DNA of 64,000 nt from an uncultured Clostridia bacterium (GCA_964548075.1 CAZJQQ010000003.1:71254-135253), one strand, 5' to 3'. Positions 10,382-22,050 are shown, numbered from the stretch's first letter. The notes: generated by a model from the letters alone, not told the origin. Made by a program: numbers and translations.

Positions 10382-11578
10382 ATGCTGCGACGAATTGTTC
10401 TAGCTCTAACGCTGCTTGTGGGTTTGTCTTTGGCTCAGTCAGCCATAGCTCAGCCGCAAAGCCAACAGACGCCTGCCGCGCCGGCCAACAAGAATGATTA
10501 CAGCGATGGCAAGACGTGGCTATGTCGCCCCGGACGGCAAGATGCTTGCGCGGTCGATCTGGCGACAACCGTCGTCGCTGCGGATGGCAAGCTGACTGTC
10601 GAGAAATGGTCCTCGAATCCGAAAGCCGCGATCGATTGCTTCTACGTCTACCCGACCGTGTCGAATGACCAGACGCCCAACAGCGATATGAACGCTGGGC
10701 CGGAAGAGCTGGCGGTGATCAGATCTCAGTTCGCGCGATTCGGCTCAGAGTGCCGGGTGTTCGCTCCGCTTTACAGACAGGTGACGTTGACTGCGCTGCG
10801 CGCCGGGATCGCCGGCAGACCGATGACCGTCGATCGCGCGCTCGGATACAACGACGTGGTTGATGCGTGGAAGTACTATCTGGAACACGACAATCAGGGG
10901 CGCGGTGTCGTGCTGATCGGGCACTCGCAAGGCTCAGGCGTGCTGACGCAACTGATCCGCAACGAGATTGACGGCAAGCCGGTTCAAGAGCGCCTTATCT
11001 CCGCTCTTCTTTTGGGCACCAGCCTGGCCGTGCCGAAGGGCAAGGATATCGGCGGAGCGTTCAAGCAAGTTCCCGTTTGCCGTTCGGCGTCACAGACCGG
11101 ATGTGTCATCGCTTACGCTTCTTTCCGCTCCAACGTGCCTCCCCCGGCGAACAGCAGATTCGGGCGCGCAGGAGGGGAAGGAATGGCTGCCGCGTGCGCG
11201 AACCCGGCCGCGCTGGGTGGCGGAAGCGGCGCGTTGCACTCTTATCTAGGATCCGCCGGACGCGGCAACGGATCGGCGGCGGAACCGCGCCCCTGGGTGA
11301 CGCCCCCGCAGCCGATCAGCACGCCTTTTGTGAGTGTGCCGGGACTGCTTACAGCCGAGTGCGTCTCGAACGAAAAAGGGTCTTATCTGGAGGTCACCGT
11401 GCACGGCAACCCGGCGGACCCTCGCACCGATGACATCGCGGGAGATGTGGTGGTGAGCGGGCAGGTTCAGGCCGATTGGGGATTGCACTTGATTGACGTT
11501 AACCTGGCAATGGGCAATCTGATAGACGTCGTTCGCCAGCAGTCCAAGGCTTATCTCTCGACGAAAAAGAAGAAGTAA
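10382..11578 (+). CDS. DUF3089-family secreted alpha/beta hydrolase
   Basis: WLCRP, DCFYVYPT, FAPLYRQ, LIGHSQG, WGLHLID. Confidence 0.85.
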   Translation: MLRRIVLALTLLVGLSLAQSAIAQPQSQQTPAAPANKNDYSDGKTWLCRPGRQDACAVDLATTVVAADGKLTVEKWSSNPKAAIDCFYVYPTVSNDQTPNSDMNAGPEELAVIRSQFARFGSECRVFAPLYRQVTLTALRAGIAGRPMTVDRALGYNDVVDAWKYYLEHDNQGRGVVLIGHSQGSGVLTQLIRNEIDGKPVQERLISALLLGTSLAVPKGKDIGGAFKQVPVCRSASQTGCVIAYASFRSNVPPPANSRFGRAGGEGMAAACANPAALGGGSGALHSYLGSAGRGNGSAAEPRPWVTPPQPISTPFVSVPGLLTAECVSNEKGSYLEVTVHGNPADPRTDDIAGDVVVSGQVQADWGLHLIDVNLAMGNLIDVVRQQSKAYLSTKKKK

Positions 11579-11587
11579 AGTACTCGC

Positions 11588-11657
11588 CTCTGTGCTCCTC
11601 GGCGTCCTCTGCCGTTAAGGGATCTTCAACCGCAGAGGGCGCGGAGGAGCGCAGTGG
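11588..11657. repeat. CTCTGCG...GTTAA / AACCGCAGAG palindromic repeat family, copy 1
   Basis: ctctgtgctcctcggcgtcctctgccgtt / aaccgcagagggcgcggaggagcgcag; related copies near 50792 and 59963. Confidence 0.75.
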
Positions 11658-11689
11658 GCTCTGAACCGGGATTAAGGAGTCATACAATC

Positions 11690-14230
11690 ATGCAGCGAGC
11701 GAAGCCCCAGTCGTTTGAAAAGCTGATCCTCTTAACAGCCTTGTGCCTGACTATTCCGGGAGCTCTCGCGATTCTTGCGCAGGCGCAATCTAACAAACTA
11801 ATCGCTTCGGGCGGACAGCGGCTCAGCCAGATAAATCCGAAGTACGTTATCACCGCAAAGGAAGCTAGTGAATGGCACGCCCTGAAGGCAAAAGGCGGCC
11901 CCGCCTTTTCCGGTAATGAGTCCTGGAAAAACTTCATGACTTTTGTCGAGAAGAAGCTCAAGGAGTATGGCTCCGTGGACATCACGCGCAACGCGTTCAC
12001 TTATGACCGGTGGCATACATCTGAGTGGCCCGACGATTCGAAGTGGTCGCTGGTCTCGAATGGAAAGAAGATCAAGGCAGCAAGCTACGGAGCGTACTCC
12101 GGGTCAACTCCTGAAGAGGGCATCACAGCGGAGATGGTTTATTACGACGCCACGAGTCCGCCAAAGGACATCGCCGGGAAGATCGTCGTCTGGCAGCCGA
12201 GATTCACACGCGAGATGCAGCAGAACATTTATGGAAACGACTTCGAGTATCCGGGCGCAGAAGATAGCTGGCCGGTTGCCGGTAAGCCAGCCCCTGCCGG
12301 CTTGGATCTCAAAGTAGCCGGCTCGATCATCTGGTCTCAATTGCCGCAAGTCGGCGCTTTCATCCGCACGGCAGTACAGGGCAAGGCGGCCGGCGCGGTT
12401 TTCGTTTTCGACGCCAGCTATGGACTGATGGCCGGGATGTACACCTTCGGCTGTCCGCAGCTTTACAACGTTCCATCGCTCTACCTCGACCGCGAGGCTG
12501 GTAAACAGGTGATCGCCGACGCCAAACAAGGTACGAAAGCGACGATCCGATTGCGGGCCGAGATCACGCCGACCGAAACGTGGCAACTCATCAGCTATCT
12601 GCCGGGCAAGAACTACGGCACGCCTCAGGACGAGATCATCATGTACAGCACGCACAGCGACGGGCCGTCGATCTCGCAGGATGACGGGCCGTTCGGCTTC
12701 CTGGCGATCGCCAAATACTTCTCCAACATCCCGCAGTCCGAAAGACCGCGCACGCTAATGTTCTTTATGGACAACCGTCACTTCATGCCCGGTGGCGAAC
12801 GCGCCTTCGCTGCCCAGGATTGGCTGGCGAAGAATCCGAGTTACAAGGACAAAGCGGTAGCGGTGATCGGCATGGAACATCTTGGACAGATCGAATACGT
12901 CGAAGACGGCGATAAGATCAAGCCGAGCGGCCGGACCGACATCCACAATCTCTACGTGACGAACAACGACAAGATGGTCGCGTTGGCGCACAAGGCAGTC
13001 GCAGACAACCACTTGAAAGGCGCTTTCGTCCGCGCGCCCGCGAGGCCGGGCAAGAGCGGGCGGACACAAGGCCCGTGGTATGGCCTGGGCGGCCTGGCGA
13101 ATCGGATAAACAAGCCGGGCTTTTCAATCATGGGTTCGATGGGCGCTTATTGGGCGACGTCATCGGCTTCGCAAATCGACCGGTTTGATGGCGATCATTT
13201 TGCGCGGCAGGTTGCTACCTTCGCGCAGTTGACCGGCGAGCTGATGATCGCCGATATGAAGCAGCTTCAGTCGGCTCCAGCCCCAGCGCGTCCGGCTCCG
13301 GGCGCTGCAGGAGAACGACCGCTTACTCCTTCATCGAGTCCAGCCACCTCTACAACGTCAGACGCTCGACCCGCTACGGCATCGCCTCAGAGCGGCGGCG
13401 CTTCCCAGGCTGCTCCCGCCGGCGCGCGTCCGGCGACGGGAAGCGCCGGCGGATTTCAGCAGTTGATGAAGGACCGCCTGGCCGGCGACTTCATTCAGGA
13501 TCGTTATTACAGATTCAAAGAGGCCGACGGGTTGTGGATGCCTTACTCGATCTTCGTGCCGCGAAATTATGACAAGTCGAAGAAATATCCGCTCATCGTG
13601 ATGCTGCACGGCTTGAACATCACCGCCGTCCAGCAGATTCGCTTTGAAGGCGTCGCCGAACTTGCGGAGAAGTACGGCTATATCGTGGTTTGCCCGACGG
13701 GCTATTCGGTGCGCTCATTCTGGGGTATGCCCAGCATCGGACGCGGATTGCTCGATGGCGAACCGGGGTTTGAGAACGAAAAGACCCTCAAACTGAGCGT
13801 GCAGGAACTGGCCTATGCGGATACGATGAACGTCTTCAACATGGTGCGTAAGGAATTTAACATCGATGAGAACCGCATTTTCCTGACGGGCCATTCGATG
13901 GGCGGCGCGGGTGCATATTTCTATGCGGCGAAGCACCCGGAAGTCTGGGCCGCCGTTGCTCCGATTGCCGGCGGCGGCATCGATGACCGCTATGCGCCGG
14001 GCGAGAAGGTCAAGAATCTCCCGTTCCTTGTGATGCAGGGTGAGAAAGACTTGATCGTGAGGGCCGAGGCTTCGCGGGCTTCGGTGGCGAAGATGAAGGA
14101 GTTGGGGATAAAGCACACTTACATCGAAGTGCCCGGCGCGGATCACGAGGTGTGGATTCGGCACAACCCCGCGAACGTAGCCAGGCTTTTCGAGTTCTTC
14201 AACGGTCTCAGCAAAGCGACCCAACAATAA
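11690..14230 (+). CDS. Fusion of a PA/M28-peptidase-like domain, a Pro/Ala/Ser linker and a C-terminal esterase domain
   Basis: AGGAG RBS; signal-like N-terminus; THSDG..ISQDDG, MEHLG; C-terminal LHG, GHSMGG, GEKD, GADH. Confidence 0.75.
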   Translation: MQRAKPQSFEKLILLTALCLTIPGALAILAQAQSNKLIASGGQRLSQINPKYVITAKEASEWHALKAKGGPAFSGNESWKNFMTFVEKKLKEYGSVDITRNAFTYDRWHTSEWPDDSKWSLVSNGKKIKAASYGAYSGSTPEEGITAEMVYYDATSPPKDIAGKIVVWQPRFTREMQQNIYGNDFEYPGAEDSWPVAGKPAPAGLDLKVAGSIIWSQLPQVGAFIRTAVQGKAAGAVFVFDASYGLMAGMYTFGCPQLYNVPSLYLDREAGKQVIADAKQGTKATIRLRAEITPTETWQLISYLPGKNYGTPQDEIIMYSTHSDGPSISQDDGPFGFLAIAKYFSNIPQSERPRTLMFFMDNRHFMPGGERAFAAQDWLAKNPSYKDKAVAVIGMEHLGQIEYVEDGDKIKPSGRTDIHNLYVTNNDKMVALAHKAVADNHLKGAFVRAPARPGKSGRTQGPWYGLGGLANRINKPGFSIMGSMGAYWATSSASQIDRFDGDHFARQVATFAQLTGELMIADMKQLQSAPAPARPAPGAAGERPLTPSSSPATSTTSDARPATASPQSGGASQAAPAGARPATGSAGGFQQLMKDRLAGDFIQDRYYRFKEADGLWMPYSIFVPRNYDKSKKYPLIVMLHGLNITAVQQIRFEGVAELAEKYGYIVVCPTGYSVRSFWGMPSIGRGLLDGEPGFENEKTLKLSVQELAYADTMNVFNMVRKEFNIDENRIFLTGHSMGGAGAYFYAAKHPEVWAAVAPIAGGGIDDRYAPGEKVKNLPFLVMQGEKDLIVRAEASRASVAKMKELGIKHTYIEVPGADHEVWIRHNPANVARLFEFFNGLSKATQQ

Positions 14231-14237
14231 AAGTTGG

Positions 14238-14322
14238 GTTCAGAGTTCAAGGTTTAGCTTGCGTGATTCGATCGCGTTAAGACCGGGAAGCAAGCTGAAG
14301 CTTGAACTCTGAACTACGAACT
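14238..14322. repeat. REPIN-like doublet (GTTCAGAGTTCAAG.TT.AGCTTGC arms)
   Basis: Inverted arms of about 25 bp; arms and spacer nearly identical to the copy at 32482-32562. Confidence 0.8.
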
Positions 14323-14344
14323 TTCTTCCGAAGGAGAAACGAAG

Positions 14345-16030
14345 ATGACTACTAAGAACCCTGACAGGGACAAGGACAGAGCATTCGGCACGGCCAGCCG
14401 ACGAGGATTTCTAAAGGGATTATCGCTTACAGTCGCAGCCGTGGGCGCCGGGTCTGCCCTTGCGAAGCAAACTTCCGCTCAGACGCCGACAACTCCCGCC
14501 CGCTCTGCTGGCACCGCGAGTAGCCAGATCTTCCATGTCGTGGAAACGACATCCGGCAAGGTTCAGGGGATCGCCACCGCCGGGATCAAGGAGTTCAAAG
14601 GTATTCCCTACGGTGCGCCAACCGGCGGCAAGAACCGCTTCATGCCGCCCAAAAAACCCACTCCCTGGACCGGTGTTCGCGAGTGCTTCGCTCACGGCCA
14701 GTGTTGTCCCCAGACGATTTCAAACCTCCGCTCGGAATACGGGATGATGATCCAATGGGACCAGCAGTCCGGCGGCATGGGCGAGGATTGCCTGGTGCTC
14801 AACGTATGGACCCCAGGAGTCAACGACGGAGCGAAGCGCGCGGTGCTGGTTTCGTTTCACGGCGGCGGCTTCACCACCGGTTCGGGCAACGCGCCGGGGT
14901 TTGACGGCGCTCAACTTGCACTCTTCGGCGACGTGGTAGTTGTTACCGTTAATCATCGCCTCGCCAGCTACGGCTACACTCATCTGGCCGATCTCGGTGC
15001 GCCGCCGGAGTTTGCCAACGCCGGCGTGACCGGGATCTTGGATCTGGTTGCGTCGCTGCAATGGGTCAAGGACAACATCGCGAACTTTGGCGGCGATCCT
15101 GGCCGAGTGATGATCTTCGGTCAGTCGGGCGGCGGCGCGAAGACCTCAACCATTCTGGCGACGCCTTCAGCCAAAGGCCTCTTCCACCGCGCGGCGGTTC
15201 AAAGCGGCTCGACGTTGAAGCTTGCTACCCGCGAGGCGGCTACCAAGTCGGCTGAGGCGCTGCTGGCCAAGCTCGAGATTCCAAAGGCGCGTATCTCCGA
15301 CATTCAGAAGATCTCGTGGCAGCAACTGCTTGAGGCCCAGACTGGACTAACTGGCTTTTCGCCGGTGGTTGACGGCACGGTCTTGCCGCATCATCCGTTT
15401 GATCCGGTCGCGCCACCCGAGTCCGCCGATGTGCCGGTGATCATCTCGACCACTCTTGAAGACTCGGCTCTCGCGTTGACCAACTTCAATCTCGACGAAG
15501 CGAGTTTGAAGACGGTCCTCACTCAGCGATACGCGGACAAGGCCGACGAGATCTTCGCGCTTTACAAGCAACGCTATCCGCAAAAGTCGCCCTACCTGAT
15601 TCAGGCGCAGGTCTTCACCGACTCGGGCTTCCGCCGCTCGGCAATCACCCAGGCCGAACGCAAGGCCGCGTTAGGGAAGGCCCCCGCTTACATGTATCTC
15701 TGGTCGTGGGTGAGCCCAGGCCACGGAGGCAAGTTCGGCGCGGTTCACGGCACGGACGTCTCGGCGTCGTTCCACAACGTTCGCGATAACATCGTGGGTG
15801 TCGGCTCGGCAGTAGGAAAGGTCATGTGTGATCGGCTGGCTTCCGCGTGGGTTGCGTTCGCCAAGACCGGCGATCCGAACAACCCGCAGATTCCGCGTTG
15901 GCCGGCCTACGACGCAAGCGCGCGAGCTACGATGGTGTTTGATACTGACACCCGGGTCGAGAACGATCCGCGCGGCGAGATCAGGAAATTCTGGGAGGCG
16001 ATGCCGCCGTCGCGTGGTATCGCGGGCTGA
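14345..16030 (+). CDS. Type-B carboxylesterase with Tat signal
   Basis: SRRGFLK, FKGIPYG, GEDCLVLNVW, GQSGGG, HGTD. Confidence 0.93.
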   Translation: MTTKNPDRDKDRAFGTASRRGFLKGLSLTVAAVGAGSALAKQTSAQTPTTPARSAGTASSQIFHVVETTSGKVQGIATAGIKEFKGIPYGAPTGGKNRFMPPKKPTPWTGVRECFAHGQCCPQTISNLRSEYGMMIQWDQQSGGMGEDCLVLNVWTPGVNDGAKRAVLVSFHGGGFTTGSGNAPGFDGAQLALFGDVVVVTVNHRLASYGYTHLADLGAPPEFANAGVTGILDLVASLQWVKDNIANFGGDPGRVMIFGQSGGGAKTSTILATPSAKGLFHRAAVQSGSTLKLATREAATKSAEALLAKLEIPKARISDIQKISWQQLLEAQTGLTGFSPVVDGTVLPHHPFDPVAPPESADVPVIISTTLEDSALALTNFNLDEASLKTVLTQRYADKADEIFALYKQRYPQKSPYLIQAQVFTDSGFRRSAITQAERKAALGKAPAYMYLWSWVSPGHGGKFGAVHGTDVSASFHNVRDNIVGVGSAVGKVMCDRLASAWVAFAKTGDPNNPQIPRWPAYDASARATMVFDTDTRVENDPRGEIRKFWEAMPPSRGIAG

Positions 16031-16154
16031 CAACGCCGGCTCGGGGAACTTGCTTGCAACCTTGCCTCTCCGAGGCGAGTATTAGACTTGTGTCGAATCA
16101 GGTGGCAGCCGATTCAAGCTTGAGATCTGAAACCCAGTTACACGGAGGAACGGA

Positions 16155-18074
16155 ATGCGATCGTTGAAGCACGTGCGCATTGTGACGCTGTGCTTGCTCA
16201 TCAGTAGTTTGGGCGCCATACCGGTCGGAGCAAGTAACGGTGTACAAAAAGGTGAGTGGCGCTTTTATGGCGGTGATCAAGGCAGCGGCAAGTACTCGCC
16301 TCTTGATCAGATCAATCGGGAAAACGTTCAGAAGCTGAAAGTCGCGTGGACCTGGGACTCGCCCGACCTCAAAGTGCTGGAGCAGAATTCGAGGCTTTAC
16401 ACCCTTGGTTATGAAGCTACGCCGCTGATGATCGGAGGAGTGCTCTATATCAGCACGTCGTTGAGTCAGGTAGCGGCGATCGATGCCGCGACCGGCAAGA
16501 CGATGTGGGTCTACGATCCCAAGAGCTACGAGACCGGACAGCCGACCAACCTTGGCTTCGTGCATCGCGGTGTGGGCTACTGGACCGATGGCAAATCGGA
16601 ACGCATCTTCATCGGAACCAGCGATGCCTATCTCATAGCGATTGACGCAAAGACAGGCCAGCCCGTTGCAAGCTTTGGGGAGAACGGAAGGGTGGATCTT
16701 ACCAAGGCCATCCCGCTCTCGGTCAGAGCACGCAACTATGCGGTCTCATCTCCACCCATGGTCTGTCGTGACGTGGTGCTGGTCGGCGCTTCGATCAATG
16801 ACGGCCCCGTTAAGAAAGAAGCGCCGCGCGGAGACATACAGGCGTTCGATGTCCGTACCGGCAAACCGGCGTGGATATTTCACACCGTTCCACAGGCGGG
16901 CGAGTTCGGCAATGACACCTGGGAGAACGAATCGTGGAAGTACACCGGCAACACAAACAACTGGACGCTGATGAGCGCCGATGAAGAGCTGGGCTATGTC
17001 TACATTCCGACGGGGACGCCGACAAACGATTGGTATGGCGGGCACCGGGTGGGGAACAATCTCTTTGCCGAAAGCCTGATTTGTCTTGAAGCCAAAACCG
17101 GCAAGCGAGTTTGGCACTATCAAACGGTGCATCACGGCGTGTGGGACTATGATCTGCCGGCAGCGCCGGTGCTCTGCAACATCAAGGTGAACGGCAGGCA
17201 GATCAAGGCAGTCGCCCAGATAACCAAGACGGGATTCTGCTTCGTCTTTGACCGAGTGACCGGCAAGCCGGTTTGGCCGATCGAAGAACGTCCCGTTCCG
17301 CAATCGACAATTGCCGGAGAGCGGTTATCGCCGACGCAGCCTCAGCCAGCCAGGCCGGCGCCATTCGAGCGTCAAGGATCGACGGAAGACAACTTGATTG
17401 ACTTCACTCCCGAGCTTCGACAGGAAGCGCTCGCGATACTGAACAAGTTAGATCACGGACCCATTTTCACTCCACCGACCGAGAAGGGGACCGTCAACCT
17501 TCCGGGATGGGGCGGCGGCGGAAATTGGTGGGGCGCCGCGTTCGATCCGGAAACCGGAATGTTCTACATCCCATCCATTTCAAGTCCAATCGTCGTCAAG
17601 TTGAGCAAGCCCGACCCCAACCGCTCGAATTTCCAATACGCGCGCGCAGGAGGCGGCAGTGGCGCAGGACCGCGCGGGCTGCCGTTGTTCAAACCGCCTT
17701 ACGGCCGGATCACCGCGATTGATCTGAACAAAGGTGAACACGTGTGGCAGATTCCGCACGGCGACGGTCCGAGACAGAAGGTGAATGAGATGATCGGCAA
17801 CGGCAAGGACGTCGGCCCGTTGGGCGCCGGTGGCGGCGGACCGTTGCTCACCAAGACTCTGCTCTTTGTTGGACAAGGAGCGGGGGGCCGCGGCGGCGGA
17901 AGCGGTGGGGGCGGCAACGTGTTGCGTGCTTTCGACAAGGCCACCGGCAAGGTGATCGCCGAGATCGCTCTTGCGGCGAACCCGCACGGAACGCCGATGA
18001 CTTACATGGCGGGTGGCAAACAGTACATCGTCGTAGCCACATATGATGGCCGGTTGGTCGCGCTCACTCTATAG
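16155..18074 (+). CDS. PQQ-dependent dehydrogenase (glucose/quinate dehydrogenase-like beta-propeller)
   Basis: [44 protein letters not shown]...GKQYIVV. Confidence 0.9.
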   Translation: MRSLKHVRIVTLCLLISSLGAIPVGASNGVQKGEWRFYGGDQGSGKYSPLDQINRENVQKLKVAWTWDSPDLKVLEQNSRLYTLGYEATPLMIGGVLYISTSLSQVAAIDAATGKTMWVYDPKSYETGQPTNLGFVHRGVGYWTDGKSERIFIGTSDAYLIAIDAKTGQPVASFGENGRVDLTKAIPLSVRARNYAVSSPPMVCRDVVLVGASINDGPVKKEAPRGDIQAFDVRTGKPAWIFHTVPQAGEFGNDTWENESWKYTGNTNNWTLMSADEELGYVYIPTGTPTNDWYGGHRVGNNLFAESLICLEAKTGKRVWHYQTVHHGVWDYDLPAAPVLCNIKVNGRQIKAVAQITKTGFCFVFDRVTGKPVWPIEERPVPQSTIAGERLSPTQPQPARPAPFERQGSTEDNLIDFTPELRQEALAILNKLDHGPIFTPPTEKGTVNLPGWGGGGNWWGAAFDPETGMFYIPSISSPIVVKLSKPDPNRSNFQYARAGGGSGAGPRGLPLFKPPYGRITAIDLNKGEHVWQIPHGDGPRQKVNEMIGNGKDVGPLGAGGGGPLLTKTLLFVGQGAGGRGGGSGGGGNVLRAFDKATGKVIAEIALAANPHGTPMTYMAGGKQYIVVATYDGRLVALTL

Positions 18075-18100
18075 GGCCCTATATGTCCTATATGTTCTAT
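18069..18100. repeat. Short 9-bp-period tandem repeat (CCTATA.GT)
   Basis: ctatagggccctatatgtcctatatgttctat; related tract at 59041. Confidence 0.6.
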
Positions 18101-18120
18101 TTATCCTAAGGAGGATTTCG

Positions 18121-18582
18121 ATGCCTGCAATGACAATCAACGTCAACGGAAAGGACCGGACTGTGGATGTCAGTCCGGACATGCCGTTGCTATGGGTTTT
18201 GCGAGATACACTCGAGCTGACCGGAACCAAGTTCGGTTGCGGAATGGGACTGTGCGGAGCTTGCACCGTCCACGTCAACGGCGCGGCGGTGCGCAGTTGC
18301 CAGACGACTGTGAAGAGCGCCGCCGGTAGAGCCGTCGTGACCATCGAAGGGCTGAACGCGAAAGCCGAGCATCCGGTTCAGGTCTGCTGGCGACAAGGCA
18401 ACGTGCCGCAATGCGGCTACTGCCAGAGCGGCCAGATCATGGCTGCCGCCGCGCTGCTAAAACAAAAGCCGAAGCCGACCGATGCTGACATCGACACCGC
18501 GATGCGGGGCAACATCTGCCGGTGCGGAACCTATCAGCGCATTCGTCAGGCGATCAAACAGGCAGCGGAGGTGAAGAAATGA
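18121..18582 (+). CDS. iorA: (2Fe-2S) small subunit of an IorA/B-type molybdenum hydroxylase
   Basis: [31 protein letters not shown]; AGGAGG RBS. Confidence 0.9.
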   Translation: MPAMTINVNGKDRTVDVSPDMPLLWVLRDTLELTGTKFGCGMGLCGACTVHVNGAAVRSCQTTVKSAAGRAVVTIEGLNAKAEHPVQVCWRQGNVPQCGYCQSGQIMAAAALLKQKPKPTDADIDTAMRGNICRCGTYQRIRQAIKQAAEVKK

Positions 18583-20819
18583 ACCGAATCGATGTGGTTA
18601 CCCGCCGCACTTTTTTGGGTGGCGTCTTTTCAGCGGGCGCCTTCGTGCTAAGCGCGCGGCTGTTGCCGCTCGAGGCCCTCGCAGCTTCAGAAACCGGCAC
18701 TGGAACGGCCGCAGCCGCAGCCTGGAATCCGAGCGTCTATCTCGGGATCGAGACCGACGGCACGGTGATCGTTGTCGCGCACCGTTCTGAGATGGGCACC
18801 GGAATTCGCACCGGGCTTCCCACGATAGTCGCCGACGAACTCGATGCCGACTGGGCGCGTGTGAAGGTTGAGCAGGCGCTCGGCGATGTGAAGTACGGCT
18901 CGCAGAACACTGACGGCTCTTGCTCGATTCGCGATTTTGGCGACGCAATGCGCGACGCCGGCGCAAGCGCTCGATTGATGCTCGAAGGCGCAGCCGCCGC
19001 GAAGTGGTCTGTGCCTGTTACTGAATGCAAGGCGCAGAATCATCACGTCGTTCATCTTCCCAGCAAACGCAAGCTCGGGTACGGCGAGCTTGCGTCGCTC
19101 GCCGCGCAACAGCCGGTGCCGAAGAAAGAAGAGCTCAAGTACAAACCCGCGTCGGAATACCGTTACATCGGAAAGGACTTTCCGACCGTTGACCGCGATG
19201 ACATTTGCGCGGGTCGAGGGACGTTCGGCATCGACGCGAAGATGCCGGGCATGGTGTACGCGTCGATCGAGCGCTCACCGGTGCTCGGCGCCAAACTCAA
19301 GAGCTTCGATGATCAGGAAGCTAAGAAAGTGCCGGGAGTGCAGCAGACCGTAGTCATCCCGGGCTTCAAGCCGCCTCACGGGTTTCAGCCGCTTGGCGGT
19401 GTGGCGGTCATCGCCAACAACACGTGGGCTGCGATGAAGGGCCGCGAAGCACTCAAGGTAGAGTGGGACGCCAGCGAGCATGCGAGCTACGACTCGGCGG
19501 CTTACAAGAAGACGCTGCTGGAAACCGTTCGCAAGCCGCAGAAACCCGCGCGCAACATCGGCGACGTTGACGCCGAATTTGCCAAGGGCGGAAAGACTCA
19601 CGAGGCCGAGTACTACGTGCCCCACCTTTCGCACGCGCCGATGGAACCGCCTGCCGCGGTGGCCGAGTTCAAAGACGGCAAGGCTGTCGTCTACGCCGCG
19701 ACGCAGAACCCACAGGCTGTGCAGGACACAGTCGCAGCGGCGCTCGGCATTAACAAGAAGGACGTCGAGTGTCACGTGACGCTCTTGGGCGGCGGCTTCG
19801 GGCGTAAGTCCAAACCGGATTACGTGGCGGAAGCGGCGCTGCTGTCAAAGGCGGTCGGCAAACCGGTCAAGGTTAGTTGGAGCCGCGAGGATGACATCCG
19901 CTTCGATTACTATCACACCGTTTCGGCGATGTATGTCAAAGCGGCGCTGGATGAGAAGGGCAAGCCGACGGCGTGGCTGCAACGGTGCGCGTTCCCGTCC
20001 ATGATGTCGACGTTCAGCGCGGCGGCGACCTCGGCCAGCGGCGGCGAGTTGGGAATGGGCTGGACGAATCTGCCGTTCGACATCCCGAATCATCGAGCGG
20101 AAAACGGGCCCGCTCAGCATCACGTGCGCCTCGGCTGGCTGCGTTCCGTTGCGAATATCCAGCACGCCTTCGCGATTCATTCCTTCGTCGATGAGCTGGC
20201 GCATCTGGCGAAGCGCGATCCGGTCGAGTATCTGCTTGACGTGTTGGGGCAGCCGCGGAAGATCGATCTCGGAAGCCGCAGTCCTCTGGCGGCCAAGTAC
20301 CCGCTCGACACAGGCCGGCTGCGGAACGTGATCGAACTGGCAGCGGAGCGTTCGGGCTGGGCGAAGAAAAAACCCGCAAAGGGCCGCGCGCTCGGGATCG
20401 CGGCGCATTGGAGCTTCTACAGTTACGTAGCCGCCGTCGTCGAGGTCGAGGTAGACAACAACGGCAAAGTGCGGATCCCGCGCGTGGACATAGCGGTCGA
20501 TGCAGGCCGAGTGATCACTCCCGATCGGGTGAAGGCTCAGTTCGAGGGAGCAGCGGTGTTCGGCGCCGGAATAGCGCTGATGAACGAAATTACGGCGTCC
20601 GGCGGCGCGATTCAGCAGTCGAACTTCCACGACTATCAGGTCGCGCGAATTGCCGACGCGCCAGTCGAGACGCGGGTTCACATTGTGCAAAGCGACGCGC
20701 CGCCAGCCGGAGTTGGCGAGCCGGGCGTGCCGCCGATGGCGCCGGCAATCTGCAACGCTATATTCGCAGCGACCGGCAAACGCATTCGTGAATTGCCAAT
20801 TAAGAAGCAACTGGCGTAA
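18579..20819 (+). CDS. iorB: Molybdopterin-binding large subunit, IorB type, with Tat signal
   Basis: [43 protein letters not shown]; ATGA overlap with iorA. Confidence 0.9.
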   Translation: MNRIDVVTRRTFLGGVFSAGAFVLSARLLPLEALAASETGTGTAAAAAWNPSVYLGIETDGTVIVVAHRSEMGTGIRTGLPTIVADELDADWARVKVEQALGDVKYGSQNTDGSCSIRDFGDAMRDAGASARLMLEGAAAAKWSVPVTECKAQNHHVVHLPSKRKLGYGELASLAAQQPVPKKEELKYKPASEYRYIGKDFPTVDRDDICAGRGTFGIDAKMPGMVYASIERSPVLGAKLKSFDDQEAKKVPGVQQTVVIPGFKPPHGFQPLGGVAVIANNTWAAMKGREALKVEWDASEHASYDSAAYKKTLLETVRKPQKPARNIGDVDAEFAKGGKTHEAEYYVPHLSHAPMEPPAAVAEFKDGKAVVYAATQNPQAVQDTVAAALGINKKDVECHVTLLGGGFGRKSKPDYVAEAALLSKAVGKPVKVSWSREDDIRFDYYHTVSAMYVKAALDEKGKPTAWLQRCAFPSMMSTFSAAATSASGGELGMGWTNLPFDIPNHRAENGPAQHHVRLGWLRSVANIQHAFAIHSFVDELAHLAKRDPVEYLLDVLGQPRKIDLGSRSPLAAKYPLDTGRLRNVIELAAERSGWAKKKPAKGRALGIAAHWSFYSYVAAVVEVEVDNNGKVRIPRVDIAVDAGRVITPDRVKAQFEGAAVFGAGIALMNEITASGGAIQQSNFHDYQVARIADAPVETRVHIVQSDAPPAGVGEPGVPPMAPAICNAIFAATGKRIRELPIKKQLA

Positions 20820-20826
20820 GGAAGCC

Positions 20827-20929
20827 TGAGTTCGTAGTACGGCCTTTAGGCGGAAGTTTGTATTCGGTGAATTGACGCGTTCGAAGGCAGAGATACAAAC
20901 TTCCGCCTAAAGGCCGTACTACGAACTCA
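20827..20929. repeat. REP doublet with perfect 37-bp inverted arms
   Basis: tgagttcgtagtacggcctttaggcggaagtttgtat and its exact reverse complement. Confidence 0.9.
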
Positions 20930-20946
20930 TCTATAGGAGGAATTCA

Positions 20947-21831
20947 ATGACGCGACGAACCCCTATCTCGATCGCTTTGTGTGTGCTGCTGATTGCAAGC
21001 TCGATCCTAGCCGCCGACGGCAAGCCCACCGAAGCCGACATGACAACCTCAGACGGCGTGAAGATTCACTACTACGTCATGGGCAAAGGCACGCCGGTCA
21101 TCTTGATTCACGGGTACACCGGAACCGCCTGGGGCAATTGGTTTTCCAACGGTATCGCTCAAGCGCTCGCCAAGAATCACATGGTGGTGGCGCTCGATTG
21201 CCGCAATCACGGCAAGAGCGACAAGCCAGTGGCTAACGGACCGGGCAAGGCGGAAGACGTCGTCGAGTTGATGGACCATCTAAAGATCAAGAAGGCGCAC
21301 ATCCATGGTTACTCGATGGGCGGCGGAATTACCGGTCGGCTTCTGACCATGATTCCCGATCGCATGATCACTGCGGCCTTCGGCGGTTCGGGAATAGCGG
21401 AGGTCGATCCGGAAATGAGAGCGAAGGTTCCGCCTGATAAGCAAGGCAGCGATCCGCAGGAAGCGGAAGCGTCGCGCACGCTTCGGATACACCGAGCGAT
21501 GGATCTCGGAATGAGCAAAGAAGAGGCGGAGAAGCAGGCCGCTACTCCGGCGCCGGCGCGGACTCCTGCTGCTGCTCCAGCCGCGGCAGCGCCGGCTCGC
21601 ACCGGTCCGCAGCTCGACTTGACCAAGCTGAACATTCCGATGCTTGCGATCAACGGCGAGTTTGACCGGCCGAACGCCAAGACTACTCGCATGACGCGCG
21701 AGGTGAAGAACTTCACAAACGTCGTGTTGCCCGGCAAGTCGCATCTGACGGCGATCATGGCGGGCTACATGCCCAAGGAGTATCTCGATAGCCTGGTCAA
21801 GTTCATCAACGCCAACGACCCGAAGAAGTAG
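20947..21831 (+). CDS. Secreted alpha/beta hydrolase
   Basis: Signal peptide, LIHG, DCRNHGKS, GYSMGG, GEFD, GKSH. Confidence 0.88.
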   Translation: MTRRTPISIALCVLLIASSILAADGKPTEADMTTSDGVKIHYYVMGKGTPVILIHGYTGTAWGNWFSNGIAQALAKNHMVVALDCRNHGKSDKPVANGPGKAEDVVELMDHLKIKKAHIHGYSMGGGITGRLLTMIPDRMITAAFGGSGIAEVDPEMRAKVPPDKQGSDPQEAEASRTLRIHRAMDLGMSKEEAEKQAATPAPARTPAAAPAAAAPARTGPQLDLTKLNIPMLAINGEFDRPNAKTTRMTREVKNFTNVVLPGKSHLTAIMAGYMPKEYLDSLVKFINANDPKK

Positions 21832-21871
21832 TTTGATTGATTGAGCATCGAAGCGCGTCAATCCGCGTTAC

Positions 21872-22050
21872 GCACCCCAGCGGGGTGCCATGTTTATAGA
21901 AGCGCGCCGCTTCACGCGGCGCACTCCAGAGGGGTGCTATGTTGGTGACTCGGTCATCGTACCGGTGATGATGCGCTACATTGCACCCCGCTGGGGTGCG
22001 GCTCTTAATCGAACCAAGGCGCTATAAACATCACACCCCTGACGGGGTGC
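21872..22050. repeat. Four-hairpin element (GCACCCC-N3-GGGGTGC), REP-like or IS200/IS605-end-like
   Basis: Two hairpins followed by ATGT and two inverted ones preceded by ACAT; ATGTTTATAG / CTATAAACAT flanks. Confidence 0.8.

Noticed and set aside
19845-20810. Long antisense ORFs (also 47500-48309, 52026-53159, 57373-58269, 62545-63489)
   Set aside because: They lie opposite well-supported genes and reflect codon bias
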